Below are positions 37,536 through 47,639 of a stretch of 64,000 bases of DNA, one piece after another (position 1 is the stretch's first letter; the number at the start of each line of letters is the position of its first letter). A program made the translations under genes and the position numbers. The DNA comes from Acidimicrobiia bacterium (GTDB taxonomy: Bacteria > Actinomycetota > Acidimicrobiia > Spongiisociales > ZC4RG35). The notes below the pieces were generated by a model. That model did not search any database. It was not told the origin of the DNA and was given only the letters and a program-made list of their open reading frames with translations. The DNA lies in NCBI GenBank assembly GCA_040902845.1, contig JBBDWM010000042.1:73825-137824 (forward strand), given 5' to 3'.

Positions 37536-38825
37536 ATGCCGGCCGCAGTACCCGACCGCTATCGCCTCGAAATGCGTCTCGGGCGTGACGGTGACATCGA
37601 GGAGTGGCTGGCGACCGACACCTCGTTGGAACGCCCAGTCCTCGTAAGGTCATTGGGCCCGGAGAGCAGAACTGACCGACGTGCCCAGTTCGTGGCTAGC
37701 GTCAGCGACGCGGCCAAGACCACCCATCCCCACCTCGCCCGGGTCTTTGCGGTCGAGGTGGTTGCAGGCGGCGCCTACTCGGTGTCGGAGTGGACCGGGG
37801 GTGCCACCGCACAGGACCGGGTCGACGCCGCGCAGACTTTCGAGTTCGAAGAGTTCTTGCCCAATGCCGCCGGGTTGGCCGGCGCCCTGGCCGCGCTTCA
37901 TCAAGTCGGAGGGGTCCATGGCGGTCTCGATCTCTCGGCCATCTACTACTCCGTGGCCCACCCGGCGAAGCTGGGTGCCTTCGGTCGCCCCACGAAAACC
38001 GACGCCAACGGCGACGTGCGGTCGCTCTCCGCAGCCCTGGAGACCGCACTCACCGGCTCACCACCGGGTGGCCCGCCACCTTCGGAGAGGATTGACGGCA
38101 TCCCACGCACTCTCGATGCGGTTCTCAGATCCGGTCAATCCGGGAGACTGAGCTCGGCAGATCTGGCCAAGGCGCTCCTGTCCTCTCCCACTCCGCGCAT
38201 GCCCCGCCCCGAACCACATTCCACTTCGCGCCGACTTCTCTTGGCAGCAGGGATCCTGGTCGTCCTGGCGGTTGCTCTGGTCGCCGTGGGCCTGCTATTC
38301 ACCGGTGGCTCGCCGGTGGTCCGGGTTTCGCCGACGGCCACACTGCCGGACACCCCAACCACGACCGTCTTGCCGACCACGACATCGCCGCCGGTCGCCC
38401 CGGTCACGATTCTCGGAGCCGCCTCCGTCGACCCTTTCGGTGAAGGAGGCGAGAGTGACACCTTGATCCCCAATCTCTTCGACGGCGACGGATCTACCTC
38501 ATGGCGAACCGAGCGCTATCAGGACCCACTTCCTTTGCTCAAACCCGGGGTGGGTGTTCGCTTCGAGATCGAGGGAGAGCCACGCCGTCTTGAGCTCCTC
38601 GATCTCAGCTCCGGCACCGTTTTCGAGCTCTACTGGTCCGACGATCCCGAAGCCGACCTTCCTGATTGGGAGCGGATCGCCGGTGCCAAGGCACCACCGG
38701 GCACGACGTCCGTCGATCTGCCGGGACGGCCCAATGGCTACTGGCTGATCTGGATGGTGGACCTTCCACAGCAGTCGGAAGGCACCTATTCGTCATCCAT
38801 CGCAGAAGTACGCTTCATAGGGTGA
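37536..38825 (+). CDS. pseudokinase - TM - extracytoplasmic domain protein (resembles the C-terminal module of mycobacterial MviN/MurJ)
   Basis: Kinase-like N-terminal fold lacking the HRD/DFG catalytic residues, a Pro-rich linker, one TM helix and a Thr/Pro-rich stalk with a beta-rich C-terminal domain. Immediately upstream of the sigM-like gene, as in the Mycobacterium tuberculosis genome. Confidence 0.55.
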   Translation: MPAAVPDRYRLEMRLGRDGDIEEWLATDTSLERPVLVRSLGPESRTDRRAQFVASVSDAAKTTHPHLARVFAVEVVAGGAYSVSEWTGGATAQDRVDAAQTFEFEEFLPNAAGLAGALAALHQVGGVHGGLDLSAIYYSVAHPAKLGAFGRPTKTDANGDVRSLSAALETALTGSPPGGPPPSERIDGIPRTLDAVLRSGQSGRLSSADLAKALLSSPTPRMPRPEPHSTSRRLLLAAGILVVLAVALVAVGLLFTGGSPVVRVSPTATLPDTPTTTVLPTTTSPPVAPVTILGAASVDPFGEGGESDTLIPNLFDGDGSTSWRTERYQDPLPLLKPGVGVRFEIEGEPRRLELLDLSSGTVFELYWSDDPEADLPDWERIAGAKAPPGTTSVDLPGRPNGYWLIWMVDLPQQSEGTYSSSIAEVRFIG

Positions 38826-39397
38826 CGACGCCAGGGACCGAGACCGACCTATTGGCTCGTGTCATCTCCGGCGACAGGGACGCCTTCGACGCCATCATGA
38901 AGGCCCAGGAGGACCGTGTATTCTCAGTCTGCCTGCGGATCCTGGGGGACCGCAACAACGCCCTCGACGCCACACAAGAGACATTTCTGACTGTCTTCAG
39001 AAAGGCCGCCCAGTTCAAGGGCGACTCGGCTCTCGGGACCTGGATCTACCGGATCGCGGTCAACACCTGTTACGACCAGATTCGGAAATCGAGCCGGAAA
39101 CCCACCGTGTCCCTGCCCGACCATCTCGAGCCACCCGACGCCTCGGCCGAGGACGCCATCGAGGCGGCCGGGCTGCGGCCAGAAATCGAGCGGGCTCTGG
39201 CGGCGCTGCCGCCAGAGTTCAGGGCAGCGGTGGTGTTGTCGGACCTCGAGGGTATGTCGCTTCCCCAGACCGCCGAGGCGCTGGGTATCCCGGTGGGAAC
39301 TGTGAAATCGCGGGTGTTCAGAGCGCGCAGGCTGCTGGCGCAGCATCTGGGGAACCAAACAGCTTCACGAGACCATCAAAGAGACACGGATGCATGA
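38822..39397 (+). CDS. ECF sigma factor (SigM-like)
   Basis: Regions 2 and 4 present. GTG start overlaps the upstream stop (GTGA). The longer track ORF starts inside the upstream gene. Confidence 0.85.
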   Translation: MTTPGTETDLLARVISGDRDAFDAIMKAQEDRVFSVCLRILGDRNNALDATQETFLTVFRKAAQFKGDSALGTWIYRIAVNTCYDQIRKSSRKPTVSLPDHLEPPDASAEDAIEAAGLRPEIERALAALPPEFRAAVVLSDLEGMSLPQTAEALGIPVGTVKSRVFRARRLLAQHLGNQTASRDHQRDTDA

Positions 39398-40130
39398 CCA
39401 CGACCTCGACCTGATCGCCTCCCTGGCCGACGGCTCGCTCGACGACCAGACGCAAGCCCGCGCCCTGGTCGAGACCTGTCAGGAGTGTCGTCAGGAATAC
39501 GAAGCCCAGGTCACGGTCATCGCCGCCATAGCCACGATCGAGTCGGTCAGGATGACCGAGCTCGAAAGGGCCGCCCTCCATCGCGACCTCTGGACCGAGG
39601 TCCGGAGCGAGCCGACCAAGAAGCCCTCCGCCACTCCATGGTGGTACCGATTGCCCTATGCAGCCGCCGGGCTCTTCGTGATGGTGGGGTTGGTGGCGGT
39701 GGTCAACCAGTTGGGAACAGAAGTGTCTGAGACCTTGTCCGAGGTTTCCTCCGGTCTCGACGGCGGCGCCGACGCACAAGGCGAGGAGCCGATGAACCCG
39801 GCCGCCTTCGACGAGGGAGCGGCGGAGAATGCATCTTCCACCACAATCGCAGCAGCCGGCGAGACCACAGTCGTGACTTCGGCCGAATTCAAAGCACTGG
39901 CCTCCGAAACCCGGCTCCAACAACTGCCGGCAACGGTTCGAGCAGCGCCGAGCGACGACCAGTCTGCTTGTCTGACCGACGCCGGGCTCGAAGACCACGA
40001 GTTGGTTGGGATCGTCGACAATGGCCGGACCTATCTGATCGTGATCCCGGCAGGGGTCGATCTCGACACCGATACCCCCGTCAGCTTCGTCGACGCCGAC
40101 ACCTGTGAGGTCGTGCACGTCGAAGAGTGA
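39390..40130 (+). CDS. anti-sigma factor (zinc-finger, single TM)
   Basis: Overlaps the sigma gene. N-terminal HxxxCxxC-like motif (CQECRQEY) and a TM helix. Confidence 0.65.
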   Translation: MHDHDLDLIASLADGSLDDQTQARALVETCQECRQEYEAQVTVIAAIATIESVRMTELERAALHRDLWTEVRSEPTKKPSATPWWYRLPYAAAGLFVMVGLVAVVNQLGTEVSETLSEVSSGLDGGADAQGEEPMNPAAFDEGAAENASSTTIAAAGETTVVTSAEFKALASETRLQQLPATVRAAPSDDQSACLTDAGLEDHELVGIVDNGRTYLIVIPAGVDLDTDTPVSFVDADTCEVVHVEE

Positions 40131-40163
40131 TTCTCGACGGCCGCAAACTAACCTCGCCAACTG

Positions 40164-40430
40164 ATGGAGGACTTCGCAGCCAAGTTCGCCGATTTGCTGG
40201 AACAAGTCGCGACCAGGATCAGGTCGGTGACGGTGGACCGGGTCGCTCGTGGCATCCGTCTCACCGGTCTGGGAATCCTCGCCGTCACTCTGGGGTTTAC
40301 CGCGGTGCTGTTCCTGTTATTCGCCATTTTTGGAGCCCTCGAGATCCCACTGACGACGGCAGGAGCCCTCGCATTGATAGGAGCCCTACTCGTCGGGCTG
40401 GGCGCCTATCTCTGGATCAAGAGAACCTGA
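40164..40430 (+). CDS. small membrane protein (hypothetical)
   Basis: 88 aa with two TM helices. Confidence 0.4.
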   Translation: MEDFAAKFADLLEQVATRIRSVTVDRVARGIRLTGLGILAVTLGFTAVLFLLFAIFGALEIPLTTAGALALIGALLVGLGAYLWIKRT

Positions 40431-40437
40431 AAGCGCC

Positions 40438-41364
40438 ATGAGCCACGAGAAACTCGTCATCATCGGATCCGGTCCGGCCGGTCTCACCGCCGCCCTGTAT
40501 GCGGCCCGGGCCGACCTCCAGCCCATGGTCTTCGAGGGATCGGCCGCCGGCGGCCAGCTCATGATCACCACCGATGTGGAGAACTACCCCGGTTTCCCGG
40601 ACGGGGTCATGGGACCCGACCTCATGGACCAGTTTCGCAAGCAGGCGGAGCGATTCGGAGCCCGTCTCCGCCAAATCGATGTCACGGCGGCCGACTTGGG
40701 CTCACGTCCATTCCGCCTCGAGGTCGGAGCCGACGAGTTCACCACAGATGCGATCATCATCGCCACCGGCGCCTCGGCCAAGTGGCTGGACGTCCCTGGC
40801 GAGGAAGAGCTGACAGGTCGTGGTGTCTCGGCATGTGCCACCTGCGACGGCTTCTTCTTCCGTGACCAGGAGTTGATCGTCGTGGGTGGTGGCGACACTG
40901 CCATGGAGGAGGCCCTATTTCTCACCAAGTTCGCCTCGAAGGTGACCATCGTCCACCGGCGCGATGAGTTCCGGGCTTCGAAGATCATGGCTACCCGTGT
41001 CCTGGAGCATCCGAAGATCGCTGTTTCGTGGAACACCATCGTGACCGAGATCCAGGGTGACAACAAGGTGACCGGGGTGATCCTGGAGGACACTGTCACC
41101 GGGAAGCAGTTGGTGGTGCCCGTCGATGGGGTGTTCGTGGCTATCGGTCACAAACCCAACACCGAGATCTTCGCCGGCCAACTCGACCTCGATCCCAACG
41201 GGTATCTGCTCACCGCCGGTGACGGGTCCACCCGCACCAAGCTGGACGGGGTGTTTGCCGCGGGAGATGTGGTCGACCACATCTATCGTCAGGCAGTCAC
41301 TGCGGCGGGAACCGGATGCATGGCCGCGATCGACGCTGAACGGTGGCTGGCGGACCAGGAATGA
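40438..41364 (+). CDS. trxB: thioredoxin-disulfide reductase
   Basis: FAD motif GSGPAG, redox-active CATC, NADPH motif. Confidence 0.95.
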   Translation: MSHEKLVIIGSGPAGLTAALYAARADLQPMVFEGSAAGGQLMITTDVENYPGFPDGVMGPDLMDQFRKQAERFGARLRQIDVTAADLGSRPFRLEVGADEFTTDAIIIATGASAKWLDVPGEEELTGRGVSACATCDGFFFRDQELIVVGGGDTAMEEALFLTKFASKVTIVHRRDEFRASKIMATRVLEHPKIAVSWNTIVTEIQGDNKVTGVILEDTVTGKQLVVPVDGVFVAIGHKPNTEIFAGQLDLDPNGYLLTAGDGSTRTKLDGVFAAGDVVDHIYRQAVTAAGTGCMAAIDAERWLADQE

Positions 41365-41417
41365 ACTCGTGGTGAGCACCGTTCACCCAGAGAGCGCACA
41401 AGGAGAAATACCAGGAC

Positions 41418-41735
41418 ATGGCCGAGATCGTCACTCTCAATGACGGCACCTTCAACGAGGCGATAAGCGCCGACAAGCCGATACTCGTCGACTTCTGGGC
41501 AGAGTGGTGTGGGCCGTGTCATGTCATTGCTCCCGTCCTCGAGGAGATGGCGACCGAGAGTGACAAGATCACGATCGGCAAGTTGAACATCGACCACCAC
41601 CCGATGCCGGCCGCCGACAACGATGTGATGAGCATTCCCACCCTGATCCTGTTCAAGGATGGAGTCGAGAAGAAGCGCATCGTCGGAGCCGTTCCCAAGC
41701 ATCGACTCGTACAGGAACTCGCGGAGTTCCTGTAG
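41418..41735 (+). CDS. trxA: thioredoxin
   Basis: WCGPC active site. Confidence 0.95.
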   Translation: MAEIVTLNDGTFNEAISADKPILVDFWAEWCGPCHVIAPVLEEMATESDKITIGKLNIDHHPMPAADNDVMSIPTLILFKDGVEKKRIVGAVPKHRLVQELAEFL

Positions 41736-41818
41736 CGAGCGAAGCTCGGCTACAGGAACGCCATACGCATAATGCATAACGCCGCGTTTGGCGTATTGCG
41801 TTTTGCGTATTGCGTATC
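41711..41818. repeat. nested inverted repeats (ACAGGAACTC/GAGTTCCTGT; CTGTAGCGAGC-GAA-GCTCGGCTACAG), imperfect palindrome, and a GTATTGC heptamer array
   Basis: Direct reading. Spans the trxA stop and the cwlM upstream region. Confidence 0.8.
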
Positions 41819-41859
41819 TTGGATCACGCTAAGCCCGTCTCTCGTGCCAGCATGTCCGC

Positions 41860-42828
41860 ATGCGGCTCTACCGCCTTGGTGACGTGGGTGCCCCGGTGCG
41901 GGACATCCAGGATCGCCTCAGCTCTCTCGGCTACGAATCCGATCCCGACCCACGCTCGGTGTTCGACGAGAGCACGGTGGCTGCGGTCAGGGAATTCCAG
42001 AAGGCAAAGGGCCTCGTCGTCGACGGCATCGTCGGACCGGAAACATGGAGGTCGCTATACGAGGCCGGCTACCGGTTCGGTGACCGGCTTCTCTTCTTCC
42101 GACGCCCCATGTTCCGTGGCGAGGACGTCTCCGAGCTCCAGTCCCGCCTCAGCTCACTCGGATTCGATGCGGGCAAGGTGGACGGGATCTTCGGCCCCAA
42201 GACCGAAGCGGCGGTGCTCGAGTTCCAGCACAACAGAAACCTGGCAGAAGATGGAAAAGTCGGCCCAGAGGTGGTGACCGAGATCCATCTCGTGACCAGG
42301 GGAGAGATGAAGGAGGGGCGTCACGCAGTTCGGGAGCGGGAATGGCTACGCCGTCTCCCGACGACCGTGGCCGGGGCGAGGATCTACCTCGACGCCGGCT
42401 GTCGTGATCCCCACGAAGCCACGATGGCCTGGGAGGCCGCCTCGGTGGCGGCGCTTAATCTCCAGGAACTGGGCGGGCTCCCCGTCATGTCGAGGTCACA
42501 GGATGCCTCGCTCCCGGAGCGAGTCCGTGCCCGTCGCGCCAACCGGGTGGGCTCCGATCTCATCGTCGCCTTCCAGATGAGTCCCGACGGTGATGACTGT
42601 GTCTTCTTCTTCGCCACCGAGCACAGCAGATCCTCCGCGGGCGAGATGCTGGCCAGATCGATCGCCTCGATCACCGGGGGCCGGGTCGAAGGTCGAGCCA
42701 GCGCACTTCTAAAGGACACCAGCGCCCCAGCGGTGGTGGTCTCCAGGGCGAAACTCGACGATGAGGTGGGCCTCGCCGTGGTCGACGGGATCACCCTTTT
42801 CTTCGCCAACGCGGCTGCTACGCGTTGA
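41860..42828 (+). CDS. cwlM: CwlM-like N-acetylmuramoyl-L-alanine amidase with two peptidoglycan-binding domains
   Basis: Two PG_binding_1 repeats (GIVGPETW / GIFGPKTE) followed by an amidase_3-like domain. Conserved position next to trxA. Confidence 0.75.
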   Translation: MRLYRLGDVGAPVRDIQDRLSSLGYESDPDPRSVFDESTVAAVREFQKAKGLVVDGIVGPETWRSLYEAGYRFGDRLLFFRRPMFRGEDVSELQSRLSSLGFDAGKVDGIFGPKTEAAVLEFQHNRNLAEDGKVGPEVVTEIHLVTRGEMKEGRHAVREREWLRRLPTTVAGARIYLDAGCRDPHEATMAWEAASVAALNLQELGGLPVMSRSQDASLPERVRARRANRVGSDLIVAFQMSPDGDDCVFFFATEHSRSSAGEMLARSIASITGGRVEGRASALLKDTSAPAVVVSRAKLDDEVGLAVVDGITLFFANAAATR

Positions 42829-43669
42829 AGGTGCGGTAGATCCGTTCCAGCTCTTCCAGAGAGCCGAACCTGATCTCAAGCTTTCCCTTCTCGTTTCGAT
42901 AGTCGATCTTCACCGCAGCCCCGAGCCGCTCGCCCAGTCGCTTCTCCAGTTCGATGATCTCGACCGGGCGAAGCGCCCGGACCCGAGTCGAGGGCCCGGT
43001 CTCGATCGACTTGCGGGTTCGCACCGCCTCCTCCATCTGACGGACACTCCACCCCTCGGCTATGGCTCGCTCGGCGATATGGGTGGCATAGGCAACGTCC
43101 TCCATCCCCACCAGAGGCCGCACATGACCCGCGGAGAGCTCGCCGTTGTCGACGAAGGCCTGGATCGCCGGCGGCAGTTGCAGCAGACGGAGGGTGTTGG
43201 AGACGGCGGGTCGGGACTTCCCCACCCTATCCGCCACCTGCTCTTGAGTCATTCCATAATTTTCCAGGAGGTGGCGGTAAGCGTTGGCTTCCTCGAGCGG
43301 GCTCAGATCCTGACGTTGCACGTTCTCCACCAGCGCCTCGACCAGGGTCGAGGAACCGGTTGCTTCCCGCACCACCGCCGGGATCGAAGTCATTCCGGCC
43401 CGTTTCGCCGCCCGCCATCTTCTCTCGCCGGCGATCAACACGAACCCGTCACCGGTCTCGGTGAGCACGATCGGTTGCAAAACGCCCACTTCCCGCATCG
43501 AAGCCGCCAACTCCTCGAGAGTGTCGTCATCGAAGTGGGTCCGTGGCTGATCGGGATTGGCCACGATGTTGTCCACTAGGACCATTCTGAAACCGGTCGG
43601 TTCGGCGGTGATTGTGGTTGGGATCAGGGCATCCAGACCCCGACCCAAACCCGAGCGTCGTGTCGACAT
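42818..43669 (-). CDS. parB: chromosome partitioning protein ParB
   Basis: ParB box GERRWRAA and an HTH. Confidence 0.9.
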   Translation of the reverse strand: MSTRRSGLGRGLDALIPTTITAEPTGFRMVLVDNIVANPDQPRTHFDDDTLEELAASMREVGVLQPIVLTETGDGFVLIAGERRWRAAKRAGMTSIPAVVREATGSSTLVEALVENVQRQDLSPLEEANAYRHLLENYGMTQEQVADRVGKSRPAVSNTLRLLQLPPAIQAFVDNGELSAGHVRPLVGMEDVAYATHIAERAIAEGWSVRQMEEAVRTRKSIETGPSTRVRALRPVEIIELEKRLGERLGAAVKIDYRNEKGKLEIRFGSLEELERIYRTFNA

Positions 43670-43671
43670 CG

Positions 43672-44484
43672 CTATTTCTCCTTCATCCCGTGACGTTCTC
43701 GGAACTCCTTGCCCAGATGGCGATAGGCGATAGCCCCCCGACTCATGGGATCAAAAGCCTCAATCGGCTCGCCATAGGAGGGAGCCTCGGAAAGACGCAC
43801 CGATCGTGGGATGACACTGCGATAGGTGATCTCTCCAAAGTGCTCTCGAACCTGTTGCGCTACATCCTTGGAAAGTTTGGTCCGACCGTCGTACATGGTT
43901 AGCACCACTCCCCCAACCTTCAAGTTTGGATTTAGGTTTGTGGTCACCAATTGCACGTTTTTCATAAGCTGAGTCAGACCTTCCAATGCGTAGTACTCGC
44001 ATTGGATCGGGATCAACACCTCATCGGCCGCGGTGAGGGCATTCACGGTGAGCAGCCCCAGGGAAGGCGGGCAATCGACGAGAACGACGCTATAACCGTC
44101 ACCGGAGGCCTGAATCGCATTGCGGAGACGGGTTTCACGTGAAAACAGCGAAACCAACTCGATCTCGGCACCGGCGAGGTCGATGGTCGCCGGCACCACG
44201 AACAAGTCTCGCACCGAAGTGGGCTCGATGGCATCGACCAGCTCCGCCTCCTTGAGCAAGACGTCATAGATGGAGACATCGATCGTCGAACGATCGATAC
44301 CCAAACCACTGGTGGCATTTCCCTGGGGGTCGAGATCGATGAGGAGGGTGCGTTGACCCTGGAATGCCAAAGCGGCGGCCAGGTTGATGGCAGTCGTCGA
44401 TTTGCCGACACCACCCTTCTGGTTGGCGAGGGCTACGACCAATGGTCCACGGTCGGTCACGTTCGACGCATGATAAGAAGCCAA
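43672..44484 (-). CDS. parA: chromosome partitioning ATPase ParA/Soj
   Basis: Deviant Walker A KGGVGKST. Confidence 0.9.
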   Translation of the reverse strand: MASYHASNVTDRGPLVVALANQKGGVGKSTTAINLAAALAFQGQRTLLIDLDPQGNATSGLGIDRSTIDVSIYDVLLKEAELVDAIEPTSVRDLFVVPATIDLAGAEIELVSLFSRETRLRNAIQASGDGYSVVLVDCPPSLGLLTVNALTAADEVLIPIQCEYYALEGLTQLMKNVQLVTTNLNPNLKVGGVVLTMYDGRTKLSKDVAQQVREHFGEITYRSVIPRSVRLSEAPSYGEPIEAFDPMSRGAIAYRHLGKEFRERHGMKEK

Positions 44485-45005
44485 ATCGTATGGTCAAGGA
44501 CCGAAGCCGGGATCTCCATCGTCACCCACCCCACGTGGTCGGGTCGATTCGCCCAGGAACCACCGAGGACTGCCACTCCTCCAGGGCGAAGCCGGGAGGC
44601 AATTAGGTCCCGGGCCCGGTCCGGGGGAAGGGTGGCCCGGGACACCACTGCTGGCACCTGGTCAAGTCTATGCTCGATTTCCCCTTGTTCCACCGTCACA
44701 TTCTCCAGTCCCAGGATTCGGATCGCCCGACGCATCAGATCAACCCGACGTCGCGACCGATCGAGAAGGGTGAATCGGGTCGCCCCCAGGAGGATGGCGA
44801 GGGGGATACCGGGAAGACCAACCCCGGACCCGATATCCAACACCTGATCCGGAATCGAATCAAACCCGGCAGCAAACAGGATCGAGTCCCCGATGTGCCG
44901 ATCATGGAGACGGTTGAGCTCGCCAGGGCCGAGTCCCCCGGCCTGGATCGCCTCCTCGGCCAACCATTTCTGATAGACCTCGAGCCGTTCCAGGGCGGCT
45001 GCCTC
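44457..45005 (-). CDS. rsmG: 16S rRNA (guanine527-N7)-methyltransferase RsmG
   Basis: GidB family SAM motif (LDIGSGVGLPGIPLAI). Start uncertain; the track ORF extends to 45200. Confidence 0.75.
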   Translation of the reverse strand, partial: EAAALERLEVYQKWLAEEAIQAGGLGPGELNRLHDRHIGDSILFAAGFDSIPDQVLDIGSGVGLPGIPLAILLGATRFTLLDRSRRRVDLMRRAIRILGLENVTVEQGEIEHRLDQVPAVVSRATLPPDRARDLIASRLRPGGVAVLGGSWANRPDHVGWVTMEIPASVLDHTIWLLIMRRT

Positions 45006-45159
45006 CATCTCGACACCGACCCACTCTGCGCATCTCAGCCAGATCTCCGGATGTTTCACGTGAAACCCGACTCTAAAGGTGTTGGGTTGGGTAGAGACCG
45101 CACGAGGGGGCCCCGGAAGGCCCCCTCGTGTCATCAATCTCGCGAAGGTCAGTGGTTGA

Positions 45160-46038
45160 TCATTCCTCTTCGGAGAGGTACGGGGTGTCGTCGACAGCAT
45201 CCTCGTCGTCGTTGTCGGTCTCGACCCGGGTCAGAACCACATAACGTCGCGGTGTCTCGCCTTCTGAATAGGACTGGACACCGTCGTGGGCGGCAGCTGC
45301 GTCATGGATCACCTTGCGATCGGCAGGGCTCATCGGCTCCAACATGATCTCGCCACCCTCGGCCAGCAACTGATCGATGAGTTGCTCTGCGTAGATGGTC
45401 AACGCCTGACGACGTCTTTCGGCGTACCCGGCAATGTCGAGACGGAGCCGGGCAGTGTCCTGGGCATATCTCTGCATCACGGTCCGGGTCAATTCGTGAA
45501 TCGCCGAACGCACCGACCCCCGCACCCCGACCAGGGCCTCGGTCTGCACACCGTTGACATCGGCCACGATCACATCCTCGATCACCGAAGTCGCCACCGA
45601 TCCCTCCAACCCATATGCGGCGACCAGTCCCTCTAGGAACTCGCCGGCGATTCGTGCCTGGTCTTCGATCGTCATGACCGGACGATCATCAACCCTGGGT
45701 TGGTCATTTTGCTCCTGACGATTCATGTCGCGACCCTTGCTGTTTGTGTTGCTCTTCTGTCGGTTCTCCCCATTGTTACCCGATCTCGGCGTTTCCTGTC
45801 GGGCTCTTTTCTCGGTCCGTGGTTCCCGGGGGTTGCGACGGCGCTCGTTGCGTCGTCGTCTCGCCTTGCGTTGGGTGACCCGAACCAGGGCATCCTGTCC
45901 CCCCAACCCGAGAAAACCCTTCTCCGGTTCCTGAAGCACTTCGACGTCGATCTGTTCACGGTCTGTGATCCCCAACTCGGTCATCGCAGCTTCGACGGCG
46001 AGATCGACCGTTCTTGCCCGCACCTCTAAATAATCCAC
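45160..46038 (-). CDS. jag: Jag/KhpB-type RNA-binding protein (Jag_N + KH + R3H)
   Basis: GTG start at 46038 with AGGAGG SD 7 nt upstream, right after the yidC stop. Basic linker and a C-terminal R3H domain. Confidence 0.8.
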   Translation of the reverse strand: MDYLEVRARTVDLAVEAAMTELGITDREQIDVEVLQEPEKGFLGLGGQDALVRVTQRKARRRRNERRRNPREPRTEKRARQETPRSGNNGENRQKSNTNSKGRDMNRQEQNDQPRVDDRPVMTIEDQARIAGEFLEGLVAAYGLEGSVATSVIEDVIVADVNGVQTEALVGVRGSVRSAIHELTRTVMQRYAQDTARLRLDIAGYAERRRQALTIYAEQLIDQLLAEGGEIMLEPMSPADRKVIHDAAAAHDGVQSYSEGETPRRYVVLTRVETDNDDEDAVDDTPYLSEEE

Positions 46039-46039
46039 G

Positions 46040-46939
46040 TCATCTCCTCCTGCGCCTACGGCGCTTGTCAGCTGCCCCAGTCTGCGGTTTCTTGGGGTCG
46101 CCATCGTCCGACTCGGCTTCCTGGCTCGACTCGGTCTTGGCAGCACCCGGATTGGGGCGTCCATCCATCTTGAAGATCAGCGCCTGCTGACCGAGACGGA
46201 AAAAGTTGGAAGTAGTCCAATAGAGGACCAGTCCCGCAGGAAAATTCCAGGAGATAAACCCAATGAACAGAGGCATTATCTTGGTGATCGCTTGTTGGGC
46301 CCCCGCTCCCTTTTGATCGGTGGGACGATCCTGACCGTAGGTCGAGTGCCATTGCTGGACGTATTGAGTGGCCACCATGATCGTCATCAGGATCAGATAG
46401 GGCACCGCAGTGGCCAGGCTGAGAGCAAAGGCGTCACTGGGGCTAAAGCTCAGGTTCATACCGAGGAAAAGCTTGTCGGTTCCATCGAGAAGGGCCATTC
46501 CCAATGAGGACGTCGGGTTGATGGGATGAGCCGCCCCTGCGACCAGGGCCTTGGTCACCGGATCGAGGACAAGCGGTGCCCGCAACAATTGGAAAAGCGC
46601 AAACCAGATCGGCATCTGGACCAGCAACGGGAGCAGACAACCGCCGGGGGTGGCTCCCGCCGATTTCTGCAACTCCATGAGACGCTTCTGCATCTCTTGG
46701 GGGTCGTCCTTGTAATCCTTCTGCAACCGTTTGATCTCAGGTTGAATCTCGGTGAAGGCCCGGGTGGCCCTGGTTTGTTTCAGGGTCAGCGGGAAAACGA
46801 CCAGGTTGATGAAGATCGTGAGCAGGATGATGGAAAGGCCAAGCCCGTTGCCCTCACTGAATGGTGGGACCAGGATCTCGTAGAAGAAGGCAAGCACCGA
46901 GCCCAGTGCTTGCTTCAAGATGTCGAACAGCCCACCCAT
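46040..46939 (-). CDS. yidC: membrane protein insertase YidC
   Basis: Short actinobacterial YidC with five TM helices and a basic C-tail. Confidence 0.9.
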   Translation of the reverse strand: MGGLFDILKQALGSVLAFFYEILVPPFSEGNGLGLSIILLTIFINLVVFPLTLKQTRATRAFTEIQPEIKRLQKDYKDDPQEMQKRLMELQKSAGATPGGCLLPLLVQMPIWFALFQLLRAPLVLDPVTKALVAGAAHPINPTSSLGMALLDGTDKLFLGMNLSFSPSDAFALSLATAVPYLILMTIMVATQYVQQWHSTYGQDRPTDQKGAGAQQAITKIMPLFIGFISWNFPAGLVLYWTTSNFFRLGQQALIFKMDGRPNPGAAKTESSQEAESDDGDPKKPQTGAADKRRRRRRR

Positions 46940-47184
46940 TATTGAGTTCTCCAGGTTTCGGGTACGGGGTCATAGCCACCAGGTCGGAGCGGGTGACACC
47001 TACCAATCCGCTTCATGCCGAGCCAGCTGCCACGAATGACGCCAAAGCGGGTGATCGCCTCGGCGGTGTAGGAGGAACAGGTCGGCTGGTACCGACAATT
47101 CGCCCTCAAGAAGGGAGCTACCAATTTCTGGTAAATCCGTATCAGCCCGACGGCCAGGGACCGGGGTCGCAACCACCTAAACAT
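46939..47184 (-). CDS. yidD: membrane protein insertion efficiency factor YidD
   Basis: YQ..SP...CRY.PTCS.Y motif. Confidence 0.8.
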   Translation of the reverse strand: MFRWLRPRSLAVGLIRIYQKLVAPFLRANCRYQPTCSSYTAEAITRFGVIRGSWLGMKRIGRCHPLRPGGYDPVPETWRTQ

Positions 47185-47509
47185 CGCGGCTCCCCTCGAG
47201 GGCGCGCTCCAACCATCCCACGAGACTGGGATGGGACACGTCTGCTACCTGGCTGGCGCCGATGATCACGTAGTCAATTCCTGGTTTGAGCGGCAACGTC
47301 CGCACGATATGGCGCAGACGGCGTTTGATCCGGTTCCGGGTCACCGCGTTCCCGGCACTCTTCGAGACGACAAGCCCGACACGAGGCGGTCCCGTCTGAC
47401 CGGGACATTGAACCATGACCACGCCACCGGAGCGACGTCTGGTTCCCTCTTTGAAGACCCTCCGAAAATCGCGTGGGGAGCGAAGGGGCTCGATGTCAGG
47501 CAGCGAGAC
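47177..47509 (-). CDS. rnpA: ribonuclease P protein component
   Basis: RnpA RNR motif (RNRIKRRLR). The real start lies downstream of the rpmH stop. Confidence 0.8.
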   Translation of the reverse strand, partial: VSLPDIEPLRSPRDFRRVFKEGTRRRSGGVVMVQCPGQTGPPRVGLVVSKSAGNAVTRNRIKRRLRHIVRTLPLKPGIDYVIIGASQVADVSHPSLVGWLERALEGSRDV

Positions 47510-47630
47510 GCTTCCGGCCCTTGAGGCGACGTGCCTTGAGGGTGGCACGACCAGCTCGAGTTTGCATGCGATGACGGAAGCCGTGTCGGCGCTTCCGACG
47601 TCGAACCTTTGGTTGGTAAGTCCTTTTCAT
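47496..47630 (-). CDS. rpmH: 50S ribosomal protein L34
   Basis: [44 protein letters not shown] translated by hand. Below the ORF-track cutoff. Confidence 0.9.
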   Translation of the reverse strand: MKRTYQPKVRRRKRRHGFRHRMQTRAGRATLKARRLKGRKRLAA

Positions 47631-47639
47631 GGCCAGCAA

